Made by a program: the position numbers and the translations under genes. Below, in pieces: positions 41,648 to 51,872 of a DNA stretch of 64,000 bases (the first letter of the stretch is position 1; each line of letters opens with the position of its first letter). This DNA comes from a bacterium (lineage in GTDB: Bacteria > Hinthialibacterota > Hinthialibacteria > Hinthialibacterales > Hinthialibacteraceae). The stretch spans positions 1-64,000 of the forward strand of contig CAXXSM010000061.1 in the NCBI GenBank assembly GCA_963663405.2, in the 5' to 3' direction. Under the pieces are notes generated by a model. That model worked only from the letters and a program-made list of their open reading frames with translations, had not been told where the DNA came from and ran no database searches.

Positions 41648-43093
41648 TCAGTCGATAGAAACCGGCTCGGAGGAAATCGCTTCTAGATGATAGGAAAACT
41701 TGTTGTAGTAAATGTTCCCTTCATCCGTTTCCACTTCCCCGCGTTGGAAATCCACTGTATCGGAACGAGGATATCTTTTTGGGGGATCGAACGCGTCTCC
41801 ATGATTGCCATTCATGATCAACCTGTATGCATCCGTCCGGCCGAAATAAAATTCATGAATTCGTTCCCGCTGACGTGGATTCAAGCTATCCCAGAGTTGT
41901 CTCACTTCCACCCCGAAATTCGGATCAATCGGAACCCAGCCATACGGATCGAGGTAGATCGTACACCAATCGTGCAGATTGATCAGCCGGGGATAGAGAA
42001 TCCAGCCGCTTTCCCACCGGGCGGGGATTCCTTTCATCCGGCAAAGAGCCATGAAGACCAACGCGATCTGACCACAATCTCCATATCTCTTCCTGAATGA
42101 ATATCGGCTGATGTTGGGGATGGTTGAATATTCCCGCGCGAAACTATAGATAAAATTTCCAGTGATCCATGAATAAATCCGCCGGGCGATATGATACGGA
42201 TTGGTTTCATCTCCCACAATCTGGTTTAAAACCGGTTCAAATTCCGGTAGAAAAACGAGATGGGGGAATTCTTCCATCGTATAACGCTTTACTTCTTCGG
42301 GAAGAAACGATGTGACGCGGGCGGGATCGATTGGATCGAGGCGGGGAATCGCGATCAATTCGTATTCCATCGCAAAGACGGTTTCGGCCCCGGCCACCGC
42401 TTTCCGCTCAAAATAGACGGACCGGTGAGGCGCGTCCGCCGCTGCGATATGGACGGCTTTGGGTTGGCTGGAAAGCAATTTTACATCTTTTTGGAACGCG
42501 CATTCGCATGGAAACGGCAACCAGCACCGGATCGTCTCACCCGCTGGAACCGCGTCCGCGTCAACAGTCAGTGTCATGAGGATATGATACTTCCTCGCGC
42601 CAGCCACCGGCGCAACCGGATCAGAATAAGCCCCGGTGACGATCTCGTTGACATCTCCCGCCAGTGTCTGCTTTAAAGGAATCAGGCTGCGTTTGTGAAT
42701 ATCTGGGTATCGGAACTGCAGATTGACAACGTTTGGCGATATGAAACGCGGCTCTCCATCAATGAGCCGCCAATCGAACCGTCCTTGATCTTTCCACGTA
42801 TTAAATTCTTCTTCGGTGATGGGTCCGATTCGCTCATAAATTTTCTTCATGATGTCATCTTGGGTCAAATCGTAATCTAATTGAATCCGGCGCAGCCGTT
42901 CCGCTTCCCAGCGCAGGCGATCCTGTTCATTGGGAGAATCCACCTGCGACGCGGCTTCGATCAACGCTCCGATCGCTTGCGTATATTCACCTTTTTCAAT
43001 CAATGCGCTGATCTCATTGGAGGTTAAGACATCACTGAATGCAGTCGCGCCAATTGACGCAAGAAGAATAGGGACAGTAAACGTCCAAGACAT
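41648..43093 (-). CDS. Secreted transglutaminase-like domain protein
   Basis: GDCGQ..FMALCR..GIPARW, HDW, GWVPIDP Cys-His-Asp triad. Confidence 0.85.
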   Translation of the reverse strand: MSWTFTVPILLASIGATAFSDVLTSNEISALIEKGEYTQAIGALIEAASQVDSPNEQDRLRWEAERLRRIQLDYDLTQDDIMKKIYERIGPITEEEFNTWKDQGRFDWRLIDGEPRFISPNVVNLQFRYPDIHKRSLIPLKQTLAGDVNEIVTGAYSDPVAPVAGARKYHILMTLTVDADAVPAGETIRCWLPFPCECAFQKDVKLLSSQPKAVHIAAADAPHRSVYFERKAVAGAETVFAMEYELIAIPRLDPIDPARVTSFLPEEVKRYTMEEFPHLVFLPEFEPVLNQIVGDETNPYHIARRIYSWITGNFIYSFAREYSTIPNISRYSFRKRYGDCGQIALVFMALCRMKGIPARWESGWILYPRLINLHDWCTIYLDPYGWVPIDPNFGVEVRQLWDSLNPRQRERIHEFYFGRTDAYRLIMNGNHGDAFDPPKRYPRSDTVDFQRGEVETDEGNIYYNKFSYHLEAISSEPVSID

Positions 43094-43121
43094 AAGTTCG
43101 CCTTTCTTGATGCAATAGACT

Positions 43122-45002
43122 CTACCCAGCCATACTCGCCGCGTTAATATGGAACGAGTTCCGCAACGTCCGCAGCCGGTCCGGTTTCACGGGAACATCC
43201 ACTTCCAACCGGGATAGGTATTCTCGAAAGCCACCTTCCCATGCTTCCCGCAAGGTCCAATCCGCCCGGAACAAATTTTTTTCACGGGTAATTTTGAAAC
43301 GGGAGACAGGATCTCGTTTCTCAAACAGCGCTCGAATGGCGAACGCGAAGGCGATATACGCTTCTTCTAACGAAGCGAGATTGATAGACCGCTCATCACC
43401 ATAGTAACAAACCGCATCGATCCAACGATGCTTTTCATCTCCTCCAATCTCCCATTGTACTGGACGATCGCCAAAACAGGAATCGGGATACGGATTCAAT
43501 TGGATATCGATAGTACGATCTTGAATCGTAAAAGATTGATCGGTCTGTTTGATTTTAACACTCTCAATCGCTCCACCGATTTCAAAGCGGAGCCGGAGGT
43601 CTTTGGCTTGGATCGCCGCGTTTTTGACTTTGTCGAGGCTGACGTGTGTGTCACCATAGTCTGTCGCAAAGGTCACAACCGTCAGCGCCCTATCTTTCTG
43701 CCAGTGAGAAGTAAATGGAATCGCCGAACTGAAATCGTAATCATCGTGGAGAAAACGAACTTGTAAATAGGTGGGTTTATCCTTCGTTCCCCAATACGCT
43801 ACAAAAGGCCGCCGCTGCCGCCAGAAATCAGCGTGATTGACTGTCCCTAGAGTGTACTGGGGATGCAGGTACGTTGTCCCGATAACCGCGTCCGGTTGTC
43901 CCTTCTTCGAAAACGTCTCCCGCTCCATCCGCGCTTCTTTCAATTCCTTGAAATAGGGAATCCATTCCTTGGGACATTGGATGGGGATACGGAAATCAAC
44001 GGGAAGCGGATCGGCGTCTGTAAGATATCCCTGGCGCCCTGTGCCTGCTTCTAGAAACGCGATATATTGAGAATCTTCTGTAAGCAGCGTGCTGTAACAA
44101 CGGCTGTGTGGGCCCGCCCATTGCCGTGTTGGCGGGTGAAAATGCCGGGCGATATGTTCCCAGGCCAGATCGTGCAGTTCTCGCGCCAACCGCTTGTCTT
44201 CTTCTTCTCGAAAATGCAATAGCATCCGCGCCAGTTCGGTCAGTGTTACGATCGTGTATGTAGGGCTGTTGTATTCCGTAAACGAACCTTGATCCATGAT
44301 ATGTTTGTGAACCCGCCGGAGCCGGTCTTTAGCATAATTACGCAAGTCTTCCAATCTAAACCGCTCCGCCGTCACGAGTGTCACATACGTTCCCATTACC
44401 GCGATGTTTGTATAATCCGGCCCTACGTTGCGGCGTTGGATCGAACGGGCCGCGTGTTGGATTGAATCTTTCACTTTTTCCCGCAGGTCTTCACTCAATC
44501 TGTGCCGGTTGTGAATCCACACATCGAGCAGTTGCACACCGCAGAAATCCGCCCAATTCCAGTCGGGCGGGGACATCATGCTGAGTGGCTCTTCCAGATA
44601 CCACGACCAGATTCCATAGGTTTTATTCTCTGGATTTTGATCCTGCAGGGCGATGACTTTTTCGAGAATCGCCTGCGCTCGTTCCACACGTTCCGGCTCT
44701 CCTGATTCCAAGAGCGCCGCCGCGTATTGGAACGATGTGCGGGTTGGATGAACCGTTCCGTTTTTCAACGTGGTATGATAGCCGACCGATGAAACCTGGT
44801 TTTTTATCATTTTCACGGTGGGATCGTAATTCCGGTCCATTTTTTCTAATGATAATTGCAGGGATTTTCGCTGGTCTCCGGTCAGCGGCGGCGCCGTCTC
44901 ATCTATGGCTCCCAGCGTCTGGAACTGTGTCAATGAAACGGCTCCTAAGGCCGCCATTCCGCCAGTTAGAAATCGTCTGCGTTCGATGAATGGATAACTC
45001 AT
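43122..45002 (-). CDS. Tat-exported alpha/alpha-toroid protein (heparinase/lyase-like, uncertain)
   Basis: ERRRFLTG twin-arginine signal; YTNI, EYNSPTY and AGPHSR motifs. Confidence 0.6.
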   Translation of the reverse strand: MSYPFIERRRFLTGGMAALGAVSLTQFQTLGAIDETAPPLTGDQRKSLQLSLEKMDRNYDPTVKMIKNQVSSVGYHTTLKNGTVHPTRTSFQYAAALLESGEPERVERAQAILEKVIALQDQNPENKTYGIWSWYLEEPLSMMSPPDWNWADFCGVQLLDVWIHNRHRLSEDLREKVKDSIQHAARSIQRRNVGPDYTNIAVMGTYVTLVTAERFRLEDLRNYAKDRLRRVHKHIMDQGSFTEYNSPTYTIVTLTELARMLLHFREEEDKRLARELHDLAWEHIARHFHPPTRQWAGPHSRCYSTLLTEDSQYIAFLEAGTGRQGYLTDADPLPVDFRIPIQCPKEWIPYFKELKEARMERETFSKKGQPDAVIGTTYLHPQYTLGTVNHADFWRQRRPFVAYWGTKDKPTYLQVRFLHDDYDFSSAIPFTSHWQKDRALTVVTFATDYGDTHVSLDKVKNAAIQAKDLRLRFEIGGAIESVKIKQTDQSFTIQDRTIDIQLNPYPDSCFGDRPVQWEIGGDEKHRWIDAVCYYGDERSINLASLEEAYIAFAFAIRALFEKRDPVSRFKITREKNLFRADWTLREAWEGGFREYLSRLEVDVPVKPDRLRTLRNSFHINAASMAG

Positions 45003-45050
45003 ATGACTTTTCCTTGATTGAAAACTAGAAGTGAAAGTCAAGAGGAAACG

Positions 45051-45800
45051 TTAACGTCTGCACGCCGCCCATTCGATGGATTGAACGAGAATCTTCCGGT
45101 ATTCTGGAAGGGAGCAGGAATTCACATCATGTCCCAGCGCGAAATAGACGCAACGGGAGTTGTAGACATAATACGTCATGAGCATTGGTTCGGCGATTGT
45201 ACATCCGAAGAGTTCTTCATCGGCGGTCATGATTACGTGCATGTCAGGCCGCATCAGAAGGTTGAAATAGAGTTCATCGTTCGTTGTAAATGGTTTGACG
45301 CCTTCTACAATGGGATGGGTTTCGTCTTTCATATCAACCCGGAATTCATGATAGGGGTTATGTGTGGATTTACCGCTGACCCACATCGCGCCAAAGATAT
45401 GGATCGAATCACGCCAGTTTTGGCAATTGGCGACAACAAAATGGCTGATGACCAATCCACCGCCGTTTTTTACGAATTTAACAATTCCCTCTTTAACGAA
45501 ATCGGGCGGATTTCCTTCCGGGACTTGGATCTGTTCGAGCATCAGAACGTCGAAGTTCTTCAGGTTTTCATAATTCAGCGCTTCCAATTCGTTTTTCTCG
45601 ACAGCGGTAATTTGCACGGATGGATATTTCTCTTTGATCGCGGCGAGTGTATCGTTCAGAATTCCTGGATCCCGGTGTGGCTCCTTGCCGAATAAAAGAC
45701 ATTTTACAGGCCCCGTCTCAGCCGCCGTGATCCCCAAGGGAAGCAGGATTCCCATTCCGATCCATACGAACAGGCACGTTTGAAAACAGCGTCTCATCAT
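45051..45800 (-). CDS. ThuA domain protein
   Basis: Signal peptide; GGGLVISH, HPI, DELY, ALGH. Confidence 0.85.
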   Translation of the reverse strand: MMRRCFQTCLFVWIGMGILLPLGITAAETGPVKCLLFGKEPHRDPGILNDTLAAIKEKYPSVQITAVEKNELEALNYENLKNFDVLMLEQIQVPEGNPPDFVKEGIVKFVKNGGGLVISHFVVANCQNWRDSIHIFGAMWVSGKSTHNPYHEFRVDMKDETHPIVEGVKPFTTNDELYFNLLMRPDMHVIMTADEELFGCTIAEPMLMTYYVYNSRCVYFALGHDVNSCSLPEYRKILVQSIEWAACRR

Positions 45801-46067
45801 TGCAATCCTCCTAAAAACATTATTTTGAGCGTTAAATTAAAATCGTAGCACTATTTTCCAGATTTCACGCAGGAAAAACAAGTGGAAACGGCCATTCAAT
45901 AAACCGATTTCCTTTGTCCCCCGTTATAGGTACATATGGATGCGCATAAAACCATGGATTTCGATTCGATTGAATTCATGATAGTATAGAAATAGAAGAA
46001 AAATGCCTCTAATTACAGCATGGAAACCAGTAAAGAAGATACTTGTTAAGATAGAAAGGTCTATAAG

Positions 46068-47063
46068 ATGAGCGTAGAAGAACGCACAGAAAAATTCCGC
46101 GATGATTTTATCCGCCTGCGGGAAGAAATCGGTAAGGTAATCGTAGGCAATCAAGATATTATTGACGGCGCTTTAATTTGTTTATTTAGCGGCGGCCATG
46201 CGTTATTAGAGGGGGTGCCCGGTCTGGGAAAAACCTTACTCGTGCGGACGATGTCGCTGGCGCTGGATCTCGTGTTTACCCGCATCCAGTTCACCCCGGA
46301 TTTGATGCCCGCCGATATCATCGGGACAAATGTCATCGATCAAGCTGAAGACGGCAGCCGTCATTTCCGTTTTGAGAAAGGGCCGGTCTTCGCCAATGTT
46401 GTCTTGGCGGACGAGGTAAACCGGGCGACGCCGAAAACGCAATCAGCCCTTCTGGAAGCGATGCAGGAACACCGTGTTACCGCTGGGGGCGAGACCTATA
46501 CTCTCGATGAACCCTTCGTTGTCCTGGCGACCCAGAATCCGCTGGAGATGGAAGGCACATATCCGCTCCCTGAAGCCCAGCTGGATCGATTTATGCTCAA
46601 ACTGATCGTCGAATCCCCCACACGCGAAGAACTGACCGAAGTGTTGATTCGCACCACGGACCGCGAAGAACCGCAGCCGGACAAGATCATGGATGGCGCG
46701 CTCGTCAACGATATGCGGAAACTCTGCCGCGAGACGCCGATCGCCAAGCATGTGCGCGATTATGCGGTCCGCTGCGTTCTCGCCACTCACCCCAATACGG
46801 AATACGCGATCGATTTGACCAATCAGTTTGTCCGCTACGGCTCCAGCCCACGCGGCGCGCAGTCTTTGATCCTGGCGGGCAAGATCAAAGCGCTGTTGGA
46901 TGGCCGGTACAACGTCAGTTTTGATGATATCCGCAGTTCGATCAAACCCTGTCTGCGCCACCGTCTGATTCTCAATTTTGAAGGCGAAGCGGAAGGCATG
47001 ACCACCGACCGCGTTCTGGATGGCATCCTCAACCAAGTCGAAACCGCGCCGAAAGCGGCGTAG
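46068..47063 (+). CDS. moxR: MoxR family AAA+ ATPase
   Basis: GVPGLGKT, RIQFTPDLMP, DEVNRA.PKTQSALLEAM, GTYPLPEAQLDRF. Confidence 0.95.
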   Translation: MSVEERTEKFRDDFIRLREEIGKVIVGNQDIIDGALICLFSGGHALLEGVPGLGKTLLVRTMSLALDLVFTRIQFTPDLMPADIIGTNVIDQAEDGSRHFRFEKGPVFANVVLADEVNRATPKTQSALLEAMQEHRVTAGGETYTLDEPFVVLATQNPLEMEGTYPLPEAQLDRFMLKLIVESPTREELTEVLIRTTDREEPQPDKIMDGALVNDMRKLCRETPIAKHVRDYAVRCVLATHPNTEYAIDLTNQFVRYGSSPRGAQSLILAGKIKALLDGRYNVSFDDIRSSIKPCLRHRLILNFEGEAEGMTTDRVLDGILNQVETAPKAA

Positions 47064-47169
47064 ATCAGATTCAATTCCAGCGCTTTAAAACCCTAACTCC
47101 CCACCTTGAATCCTACTAAGATATCTTTCTTATTTAATCATTCAAATTCTTAAAAAGGGATTCATTCCA

Positions 47170-47859
47170 GTGATTCCAACGATTGTTAACACCATCGCCG
47201 TTATTATCGGCGCCACGATTGGTCTTCTTCTGCATGGACGGATTTCAGAGCGCTTCCGCGTTATTCTCTTTCAAGCCATCGGTTTATCGACACTAGTGAT
47301 TGGGCTGCGTGACTCGCTCGCGACGAACCATATCCCCATATTGGCGCTGAGCGTTATTATGGGAGCGCTGACAGGAGAAGCGCTCAACATCGAAGCCCGT
47401 CTCGAACAGCTGGGCGCCTTTTTGAAACGTCTCCTGCGTCATGAAGGCGATTCGCAATTCATCGATGGTTTTGTGTTCTCCAGTCTGCTCTTTTGCGTAG
47501 GCGCGATGACGGTCGTTGGAACCTTGCGCGCGGGTGTTGAGGGGAATGGGGAAATTCTCTACACCAAAAGCCTGCTCGATGGACACGCCGCCCTCTTTCT
47601 CGCGGCGGCGATGGGACTCGGTGTAATGGCCAGCGCCATTACGGTCTTTATCGTACAAGGACTCCTAACACTGGCCTTCATGGCGGCGGGCAGCCTTATG
47701 CCGGAATATATGATCACCGAAATCGGCGCGGCGGGCGGCCTCATGATCGTCGGTATATCAATCAATCTAATCGAATTGGGGAAAGTGCGGGTTGGGAATT
47801 TACTGCCGGGGATGGTTTACGCGGGATTGTTTATTTGGATCAAGCATACGTTTTTTTGA
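47170..47859 (+). CDS. DUF554 family membrane protein
   Basis: TIVN, LLFCVGAM, KSLLDG, GG..I.GI, NLLP. Confidence 0.9.
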   Translation: MIPTIVNTIAVIIGATIGLLLHGRISERFRVILFQAIGLSTLVIGLRDSLATNHIPILALSVIMGALTGEALNIEARLEQLGAFLKRLLRHEGDSQFIDGFVFSSLLFCVGAMTVVGTLRAGVEGNGEILYTKSLLDGHAALFLAAAMGLGVMASAITVFIVQGLLTLAFMAAGSLMPEYMITEIGAAGGLMIVGISINLIELGKVRVGNLLPGMVYAGLFIWIKHTFF

Positions 47860-47917
47860 TTTTTGTATTTTTTCGTACTTATGGCATGCAAAGAAATCGT
47901 TGGAATTAAAAAAAATC

Positions 47918-47946
47918 TTGACATTGCGTCTTAATATTGAGACAAT
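47918..47946 (+). promoter_or_regulatory. higBA promoter with palindromic operator
   Basis: TTGACA-17-GACAAT with extended TG; near-palindrome GTCTTAATATTGAGAC (47928-47943) in the spacer/-10. Confidence 0.6.
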
Positions 47947-47965
47947 ATATAAGAAAGTGAAGTAA

Positions 47966-48334
47966 ATGCCCGAAACACCTTTGTTTTTTTATTGCGAAGA
48001 TGATGGAACAGTACCTTTATTAAATTGGTTATCCAGTATTCCGTTTCGGGCCCGAATGAAATGCCACGCTAGGATAAAGCGCTTGAAGATGTTAGGCCAT
48101 GAAATACGCCGTCCTGAAGGAGATTATCTTCATGATGGAATTTACGAATTACGAGCTTCATTTCAAGGTGTACACTATCGAATGCTATACTTTTTCTATG
48201 GAAATACAGCTGTCGTGGTTTCTCATGGATTTGTGAAGGAAAGAAAAGTACCTGAAAAAGAGATTCAAAAAGCGATTCAGAAGAAGAATAAATACATAGA
48301 GAATCCGGATTTGCATACTTACGAGGAGATATAA
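47966..48334 (+). CDS. higB: HigB/RelE-type toxin (Gp49/DUF891-like)
   Basis: RRPEGDYL.DGIYELR, YRMLYFF, VVVSHGFVK. Confidence 0.88.
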   Translation: MPETPLFFYCEDDGTVPLLNWLSSIPFRARMKCHARIKRLKMLGHEIRRPEGDYLHDGIYELRASFQGVHYRMLYFFYGNTAVVVSHGFVKERKVPEKEIQKAIQKKNKYIENPDLHTYEEI

Positions 48335-48337
48335 ATC

Positions 48338-48682
48338 ATGGCGAAACGAACACCAATTACGGATGGTGTTGAGATATTGCGCCGCCGTTATATTGATGGT
48401 AATCCAGAAATGGAAGAGTTACTTGAGGAAGAGATGGCCAACGCGCAAATTGCGCAGGATATTTATGATTTACGGCATGAAGCGGGTCTTACGCAGCAGC
48501 AACTGGCCGATAAGATCGGAACGAACCATTCCACAATAGCCCGTCTGGAAGATGCGGATTACGAAGGGCATTCTCTATCCATGTTGCGGCGTATCGCCTC
48601 CGCGTTGAACAAGAAAGTCCAGATCCAATTCGTTTCCACCGTCAATCCCACCAAAGCATCCGATCTGCGCACTACCCGTTAA
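48338..48682 (+). CDS. higA: HigA XRE-HTH antitoxin
   Basis: LRHEAGLTQQQLA..IGT..STIARLE.ADYEGHSL; lies directly after the toxin. Confidence 0.88.
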   Translation: MAKRTPITDGVEILRRRYIDGNPEMEELLEEEMANAQIAQDIYDLRHEAGLTQQQLADKIGTNHSTIARLEDADYEGHSLSMLRRIASALNKKVQIQFVSTVNPTKASDLRTTR

Positions 48683-48867
48683 GCTAGCCATCGATTAGAG
48701 ATCGGATGGATATCATCAAAACCATCGCAGAGATTTTCTATGTGGATAAGATGCGATTTGATGATGTTAGTGATAATCATTTATATGAACTAGCCAAACA
48801 AAAAGGGCATCAGGATGTTTTGAAAATGTTGTTTGAGAAAGGATATATTGAGAGACTTCACAATTAA
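48672..48867 (+). pseudogene. Ankyrin-repeat gene 3' remnant
   Basis: ORF 48706-48867 contains LYELAKQKGHQDVLKMLFEKG (ankyrin consensus), preceded by frameshifted LPVKLAID/RDRMDIIKTI. Confidence 0.45.
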
Positions 48868-49148
48868 CAAAAGTTATTTTTGCGCTTATTCTGTCCGTGT
48901 TCGATAGCCTCCCAAATTGTATTGTGCGCCGCATAATTTCCTTGGCCTAGATCGCGATAACCCTGCATAAAATTCTCACTGATTCGATCGATCTCATCCT
49001 CCCTTTCTAAACTCATGAACAACCGGCGCATCGCGTCACGTACCAATTCACCATCATTTTCATATAACCCGGATTCTCCTATGTGCTTGTCAATTAGCCG
49101 TTCCATTTCGGGAGAATTGATCTGTATGTTTAAGACTCTGGCCATCAT
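48864..49148 (-). CDS. ParD-like ribbon-helix-helix antitoxin (orphan)
   Basis: SGLYENDGELVRDAMRRL matches the CC2985/ParD pattern; no ParE gene follows. Confidence 0.7.
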   Translation of the reverse strand: MMARVLNIQINSPEMERLIDKHIGESGLYENDGELVRDAMRRLFMSLEREDEIDRISENFMQGYRDLGQGNYAAHNTIWEAIEHGQNKRKNNFC

Positions 49149-49259
49149 TTCACTCCAGATAGAATGATAAAAAAACTAACTTTTCATTATGTAGTTCTTT
49201 TTTAATTATAACACAAGTGATACGAGCGGTTAGCATTGTCATTCAACGATCACCATGAA

Positions 49260-49880
49260 TCACAAATCATCCACAGGCCCTTCCTGCCCTGCGAAATTCA
49301 CGCCGAGAATCCCTTTATCGGCGGCCATGATATCGCCCACGCTGATCAAGCCATTCGAGGTGTCATACGCCATCCAGGTCATCAATCGTTGAGGGGATTG
49401 AATGTACCATCGATCCGGACCGGGGCTGCGCGCGACATAGCGGGCGTTGGGATCGGCGTTGGTGGCCGCGCCTTGGTTGTCGACCCGGCGCATGTACGCG
49501 ATGTTGCGGTAATGATAGACGCCGTGCATCACCGCTTCCCAGGCGGCGTTTCCGGTTGGGTGATCCTGCGGCACGAAGGGATCGATAAACGCGTTGGGGG
49601 CGATGTAGGAAGTGGGTGTTGTCAATGCGGACCATACCCGCAATCCCGATTGGTAGATCCCGGCGTTCGCCAATTCATTTGGATCCGGAATCGCCCGGTT
49701 GTATTCAATCACATACATCTCCATCGCTGTGCTAATGCTTCGCAGATCCGCTAATACACGAGCGATCTTGGCCCGCGCCTGCGCGTTCAAAAAATTGGGC
49801 ACGGCGATCGCGGCGAGTATCCCAATAATCGCAACGACAATCAGGAGCTCAATCAATGTAAACGCCCGTTTTCGCATCAT
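49260..49880 (-). CDS. Prepilin-type N-terminal cleavage/methylation domain protein (GspG-like)
   Basis: RAFTLIELLIVVAIIGILAAIAVPNF; AGGAG RBS; LTTP..Y, DPF, SPGPD, YD.SNG..S.GDI. Confidence 0.9.
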   Translation of the reverse strand: MMRKRAFTLIELLIVVAIIGILAAIAVPNFLNAQARAKIARVLADLRSISTAMEMYVIEYNRAIPDPNELANAGIYQSGLRVWSALTTPTSYIAPNAFIDPFVPQDHPTGNAAWEAVMHGVYHYRNIAYMRRVDNQGAATNADPNARYVARSPGPDRWYIQSPQRLMTWMAYDTSNGLISVGDIMAADKGILGVNFAGQEGPVDDL

Positions 49881-50040
49881 ACTCTCTCCTTGGCATAGCA
49901 AATCATGAATATCCATTTGATTGAAGGATATGATATTCTAAATCTTTCATTCGTTCAATTTTTAAAATTTTCCTTGCTTTTTTCTTCTATGCGGCTACGT
50001 TCATTAATACATCATCTGAGTGAATGAAACGAGGTGGATT

Positions 50041-50940
50041 ATGACAAAGCTGACACGGCGTCATTTTTTGAAAACGAGTGTGATCGCGGCGGGGGCTCTC
50101 TCCGCGCCGCCGCAGGTTCTTTCCTCTGAAAAAAAGAACCGGCGTTCCGCTACTGATATCGTGAATGTGGGATCGTCTGGATTGCGGTTGACTCGTCTTG
50201 GATTCGGAACCGGCAGCAATGGCGGCCACATCCAGCGGGAATTGGGTCAAGAGAAATTCACGCGTCTGGTTCGCGCCGCTTACGACCGGGGAGTCCGGTA
50301 TTTCGACACGGCGGATAACTATAATGAGATGCACGAAATGCTGGCCACCGCTTTGGAGGGCGTCGATCGTGACACCTATTTTATCCAAACCAAAATGCGG
50401 TGGAACGGAGAAGAAAAAACTAGTGATATCTTGGACCGCTTCCGGAAAGAATTGAAAACGGATCACTTTGATTCGGTGCTCCTTCATTGCACGGCAACCG
50501 CTGATTGGCCCGAAAAATTGAAACATCTTCAAGATGATCTAGAGCAGGCGAAAGAGAAACAGATTCTTATCGCCCACGGCGCTTCGTGTCATGGATTGAA
50601 TCCGCTGAAAGCCATGCCCAAAGCCCGGCCCTGGTTGGACGTGGCCCTGCTCCGTGTCAATCACGACGGCACGAAAATGGACGGTCCCAAAGGTGAATGG
50701 AACGAACAAGGGAATCGGGATGAGGCGGTCGCGGAGATAAAGAAAATCCATCAATCCGGCGCGGGAGTGATTGGGATGAAGATTATCGGCAATGGGGAAT
50801 TTACGGCGCCGGAACGGCGGGACGCGTCTTTCCGGTTCGTGATGGGATTGGATTGTGTCGACGCGGTTGTCATTGGTTTTAAAACGGCGTCAGAAATCGA
50901 TGAAGCCATCGAACGCATGAACAATTATCTAAACGTCTAA
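50041..50940 (+). CDS. Aldo/keto reductase with twin-arginine signal
   Basis: TRRHFLK; LGFGT, FDTADNY, IQTK, LLH, IGMK. Confidence 0.88.
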   Translation: MTKLTRRHFLKTSVIAAGALSAPPQVLSSEKKNRRSATDIVNVGSSGLRLTRLGFGTGSNGGHIQRELGQEKFTRLVRAAYDRGVRYFDTADNYNEMHEMLATALEGVDRDTYFIQTKMRWNGEEKTSDILDRFRKELKTDHFDSVLLHCTATADWPEKLKHLQDDLEQAKEKQILIAHGASCHGLNPLKAMPKARPWLDVALLRVNHDGTKMDGPKGEWNEQGNRDEAVAEIKKIHQSGAGVIGMKIIGNGEFTAPERRDASFRFVMGLDCVDAVVIGFKTASEIDEAIERMNNYLNV

Positions 50941-50947
50941 CTAACCG

Positions 50948-51688
50948 ATGACGCAACCAAACGATTTAGATTCCTCCAACCCACCCCCGGCGCCAGCGGA
51001 GAAATCTATACCTTCCCCAAAAACCACCGGTGGATCGGGAAAAAAGAAGCGTTGGTTACGCCGCTTCATCATCACGTTTTTTTTATGCCTAGTCCTTGCT
51101 GTATGTTTCCATCGTTCCCTGCTCCAATCCGCCGCGTCGTTTCTTGTCTATGCGTCTCCTCTTACGACTTGTGACGCGGTCATTGTATTGGGTGGAGGGC
51201 TGACTGAGCGGATCGAGAAAGCCATCGAATTGTATCAAGATGGATTCACCAAGGATATTCTCATTCTCCTTCCGGAAATACCCGAATCGAACAACGCATT
51301 CTATAAAAACCAGATCAACATCGAAAGCCGGATATGCAGAGAAGTCATCGATCTGCGCGGGATTCCAGTGGAACAGACTCATTGGGCGCCGGAAGGATTC
51401 AACAGCACATATGAAGAGATCCAGTATATCAAAAATTGGCTGCGTGAACGCAAGAAACGCTCCGCCTTGATCGTCACAGGCTGGTATCAATCCAAACGCG
51501 CGAAATGGACAATCGATCACTTCTTTTCTGATTCAGAATTCGAGATCGGCGTCGTTCCCGCGCCGGAGGAATCTTTCCCGCAGGAGAATTGGTGGACTCA
51601 CGAACAAGGAATCATCACGATTGAGAATGAAACCATCAAATCAATCTACTATCTTCTCAGGATGACGTTCACGGCGCCCGGCGCGTGA
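50948..51688 (+). CDS. YdcF/DUF218 family protein
   Basis: TM anchor; DAVIVLGGG..ERI..A..LY, STYEE, LIVT. Confidence 0.82.
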   Translation: MTQPNDLDSSNPPPAPAEKSIPSPKTTGGSGKKKRWLRRFIITFFLCLVLAVCFHRSLLQSAASFLVYASPLTTCDAVIVLGGGLTERIEKAIELYQDGFTKDILILLPEIPESNNAFYKNQINIESRICREVIDLRGIPVEQTHWAPEGFNSTYEEIQYIKNWLRERKKRSALIVTGWYQSKRAKWTIDHFFSDSEFEIGVVPAPEESFPQENWWTHEQGIITIENETIKSIYYLLRMTFTAPGA

Positions 51689-51872
51689 TCGAAATCATTA
51701 GCAAATTGTTATTCATACTGTTCCATTATCAAAATAATCAAAAAAAACCTTCAACTATCAAAACAAGGCTTTATACTGGTAAATCGGACAATAAGAATTT
51801 AGTATATAGAAGATTCTATGGTTCCGATCCCACCAGCGTTCGGCTGGAAAATCAAAAGCGAGGTGATAAAAA

